A DNA stretch of 8,977 nucleotides from Octopus sinensis. Lineage: Eukaryota. How positions within the stretch are numbered: position 1 is the stretch's first letter; each line of letters begins with the position of its first letter. A program made the translations under genes and the position numbers. The stretch is from positions 1 to 8,977 of the forward strand of contig NW_021828182.1 of assembly GCF_006345805.1 (NCBI RefSeq), written 5' to 3'. Shown piece after piece: positions 7,693 through 8,977 of this stretch. A model generated the notes under the pieces. That model saw only the letters and a program-made list of their open reading frames with translations, had not been told where the DNA came from and ran no database searches.

Positions 7693-7860
7693 GGCGCAGG
7701 TGTGGCTGTGTGGTAAGTAGCTTGCGCACCAACCACATGGGTCCGGGTTCAGTCCCACTGCGTGACACCTTGGCCAAGTGTCTTTCACTGTAGCCTCGGG
7801 CTGACCAAATCCGTGTGAGTGGATTTGGTAGACGGAAACTGAAAGAAACCCATCGTATAT
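7693..7860 (+). mobile_element. SINE family 1, 5' half with intact Pol III boxes, truncated at the internal TA spacer
   Basis: A-box TGGCTGTGTGG (7703-7713) and B-box GGTTCAGTCCC (7746-7756). Body matches 6083-6180. Confidence 0.92.
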
Positions 7861-7990
7861 CAGCCGAAATTGCTAGGACGATCCGGTTCTTGACTGAAGA
7901 TTGAAGGCTTCGAATGTCCCGTCCGTGTTTTTTGTATCGTCTTCTAAATGTTTTACGTTCTTGTACCTGTTTGTATTTTTTCTACTTATA
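7857..7990 (+). mobile_element. Unclassified repeat fragment fused to the SINE1 half; it begins with a possible hammerhead 3' half
   Basis: Complex non-microsatellite sequence between the SINE and a (TA)n tract. Begins ATAT-CAGCC-GAAA-TTG-CTAGGA-CGAT-C and has a T-rich downstream part. Confidence 0.35.
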
Positions 7991-8140
7991 ATATATAATA
8001 TATATATATATATTAACTATATATATATATATATATATATTCCTATATATATATATTATATATATATATATATATATATGTATAAATATATATAGGTATA
8101 TTATATATATATGTATATATATATTATATATCTATATAAT
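7988..8140. repeat. (TA)n microsatellite field
   Basis: Read directly from the sequence. Confidence 0.95.
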
Positions 8141-8368
8141 AATCAATATAGGGAATAAATCCAAATTTACAGGGAAAAAAATCAGATTTAGGATTAAATC
8201 CAATTTTATAGTTGAAACTGACATATTGGAAGTCCACCTGAAGATTGTCGATCAAGACAAGAACGATTGTAGTGGCGGTTTTTTTGACTATTTATTAAAA
8301 TTTTATGTATTGATTAAGTCTTTCCTTGTTTGTTTTGCAAAATAGTGGTTTGTCTCTAATAATATTTT
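8141..8368 (+). mobile_element. Short (about 230 bp) element bounded by (TA)n on both sides and carrying a hammerhead motif; Penelope-like or retrozyme-type
   Basis: TA tracts on both flanks, a central hammerhead motif at 8234-8275, and a T-rich 3' part. Confidence 0.5.
8234..8275 (+). ncRNA. Minimal type-I hammerhead ribozyme motif, one A short in the GAAA core
   Basis: CCAC-CTGAAGA-TTGTC-GATCAA-GACAA-GAA-CGATT-GTA-GTGG. Stem I is CCAC/GTGG, stem II is TTGTC/GACAA, the stem III region ACGAUUGU is self-complementary with G-U pairs, and the cleavage triplet is GUA. Confidence 0.7.
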
Positions 8369-8404
8369 ATATATATATATATATATATACATATATATAA
8401 TATA

Positions 8405-8515
8405 TGTGTTTGTTTGTCTGTTTGTCCCCCTAACATCGTTTGACAACATATACATACGTATGTATATAATATATATATATATAATAATATATATATATAT
8501 GTTAATATATATATG

Positions 8516-8548
<33 letters not shown>

Positions 8549-8582
8549 TTATATATATACTATATATATATATATATAATTA

Positions 8583-8615
<33 letters not shown>

Positions 8616-8674
8616 GTATATGTTTGTTTGTCTGTGTTTGTCCCCCTAACATCGTTTGACAACATATACATACG

Positions 8675-8712
<38 letters not shown>

Positions 8713-8762
8713 ACATATATGTATAAATATATATATGTATACATATATATATATATATAGAA

Positions 8763-8807
<45 letters not shown>

Positions 8808-8900
8808 ATAATATTATATGTATATGTTTGTTTGTCTGGTTTGTCCCCCTAACATCGTTTGACAACATATACATACGTAATATATATATATATATATATA
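8405..8900 (+). repeat. Three-copy tandem array of a SINE1 internal fragment separated by (TA)n
   Basis: The identical 40-mer TTTGTCCCCCTAACATCGTTTGACAACATATACATACGTA occurs at 8421-8460, 8637-8676 and 8840-8879. It is related to 6240-6273. Confidence 0.93.
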
Positions 8901-8977
8901 TAGATATATAATATGCGCATAGATATGCATTCTTAACATACCTTCATGCTCGTGCTATGTGACCCAATAGAAAAGCC

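Noticed and set aside
7893-7920. CTGAAGA...GAAGGCTTCGAATGTC as another hammerhead
   Set aside because: There is no viable stem II loop, no GAAA and no stem I pairing.
8405-8900. CRISPR-like repeat-spacer arrangement
   Set aside because: The spacers are TA microsatellite of 160-175 bp, the repeat is a SINE fragment, the context is eukaryotic, and there are no cas genes.

Overview
This is an 8977-bp, AT-rich, microsatellite-dense eukaryotic intergenic or intronic window. I can support no host protein-coding gene; the listed ORFs are microsatellite, low-complexity or transposon-derived. The SINE families look like those I recall from octopus genomes (inference from memory of consensus sequences, not a database search). 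The window holds three families of tRNA-headed SINEs (8 copies plus tandemly amplified fragments) and a dead RTE-clade LINE reverse-transcriptase region on the minus strand. That RT is split by a nested 5'-truncated second LINE whose 3' end matches the tail of one SINE family. There is also a probable Tigger/pogo-type MITE. The most interesting signal is two near-complete minimal type-I hammerhead ribozyme motifs, plus a possible half motif, in three unrelated short elements next to (TA)n tracts. These look like Penelope-like terminal repeats or retrozymes.
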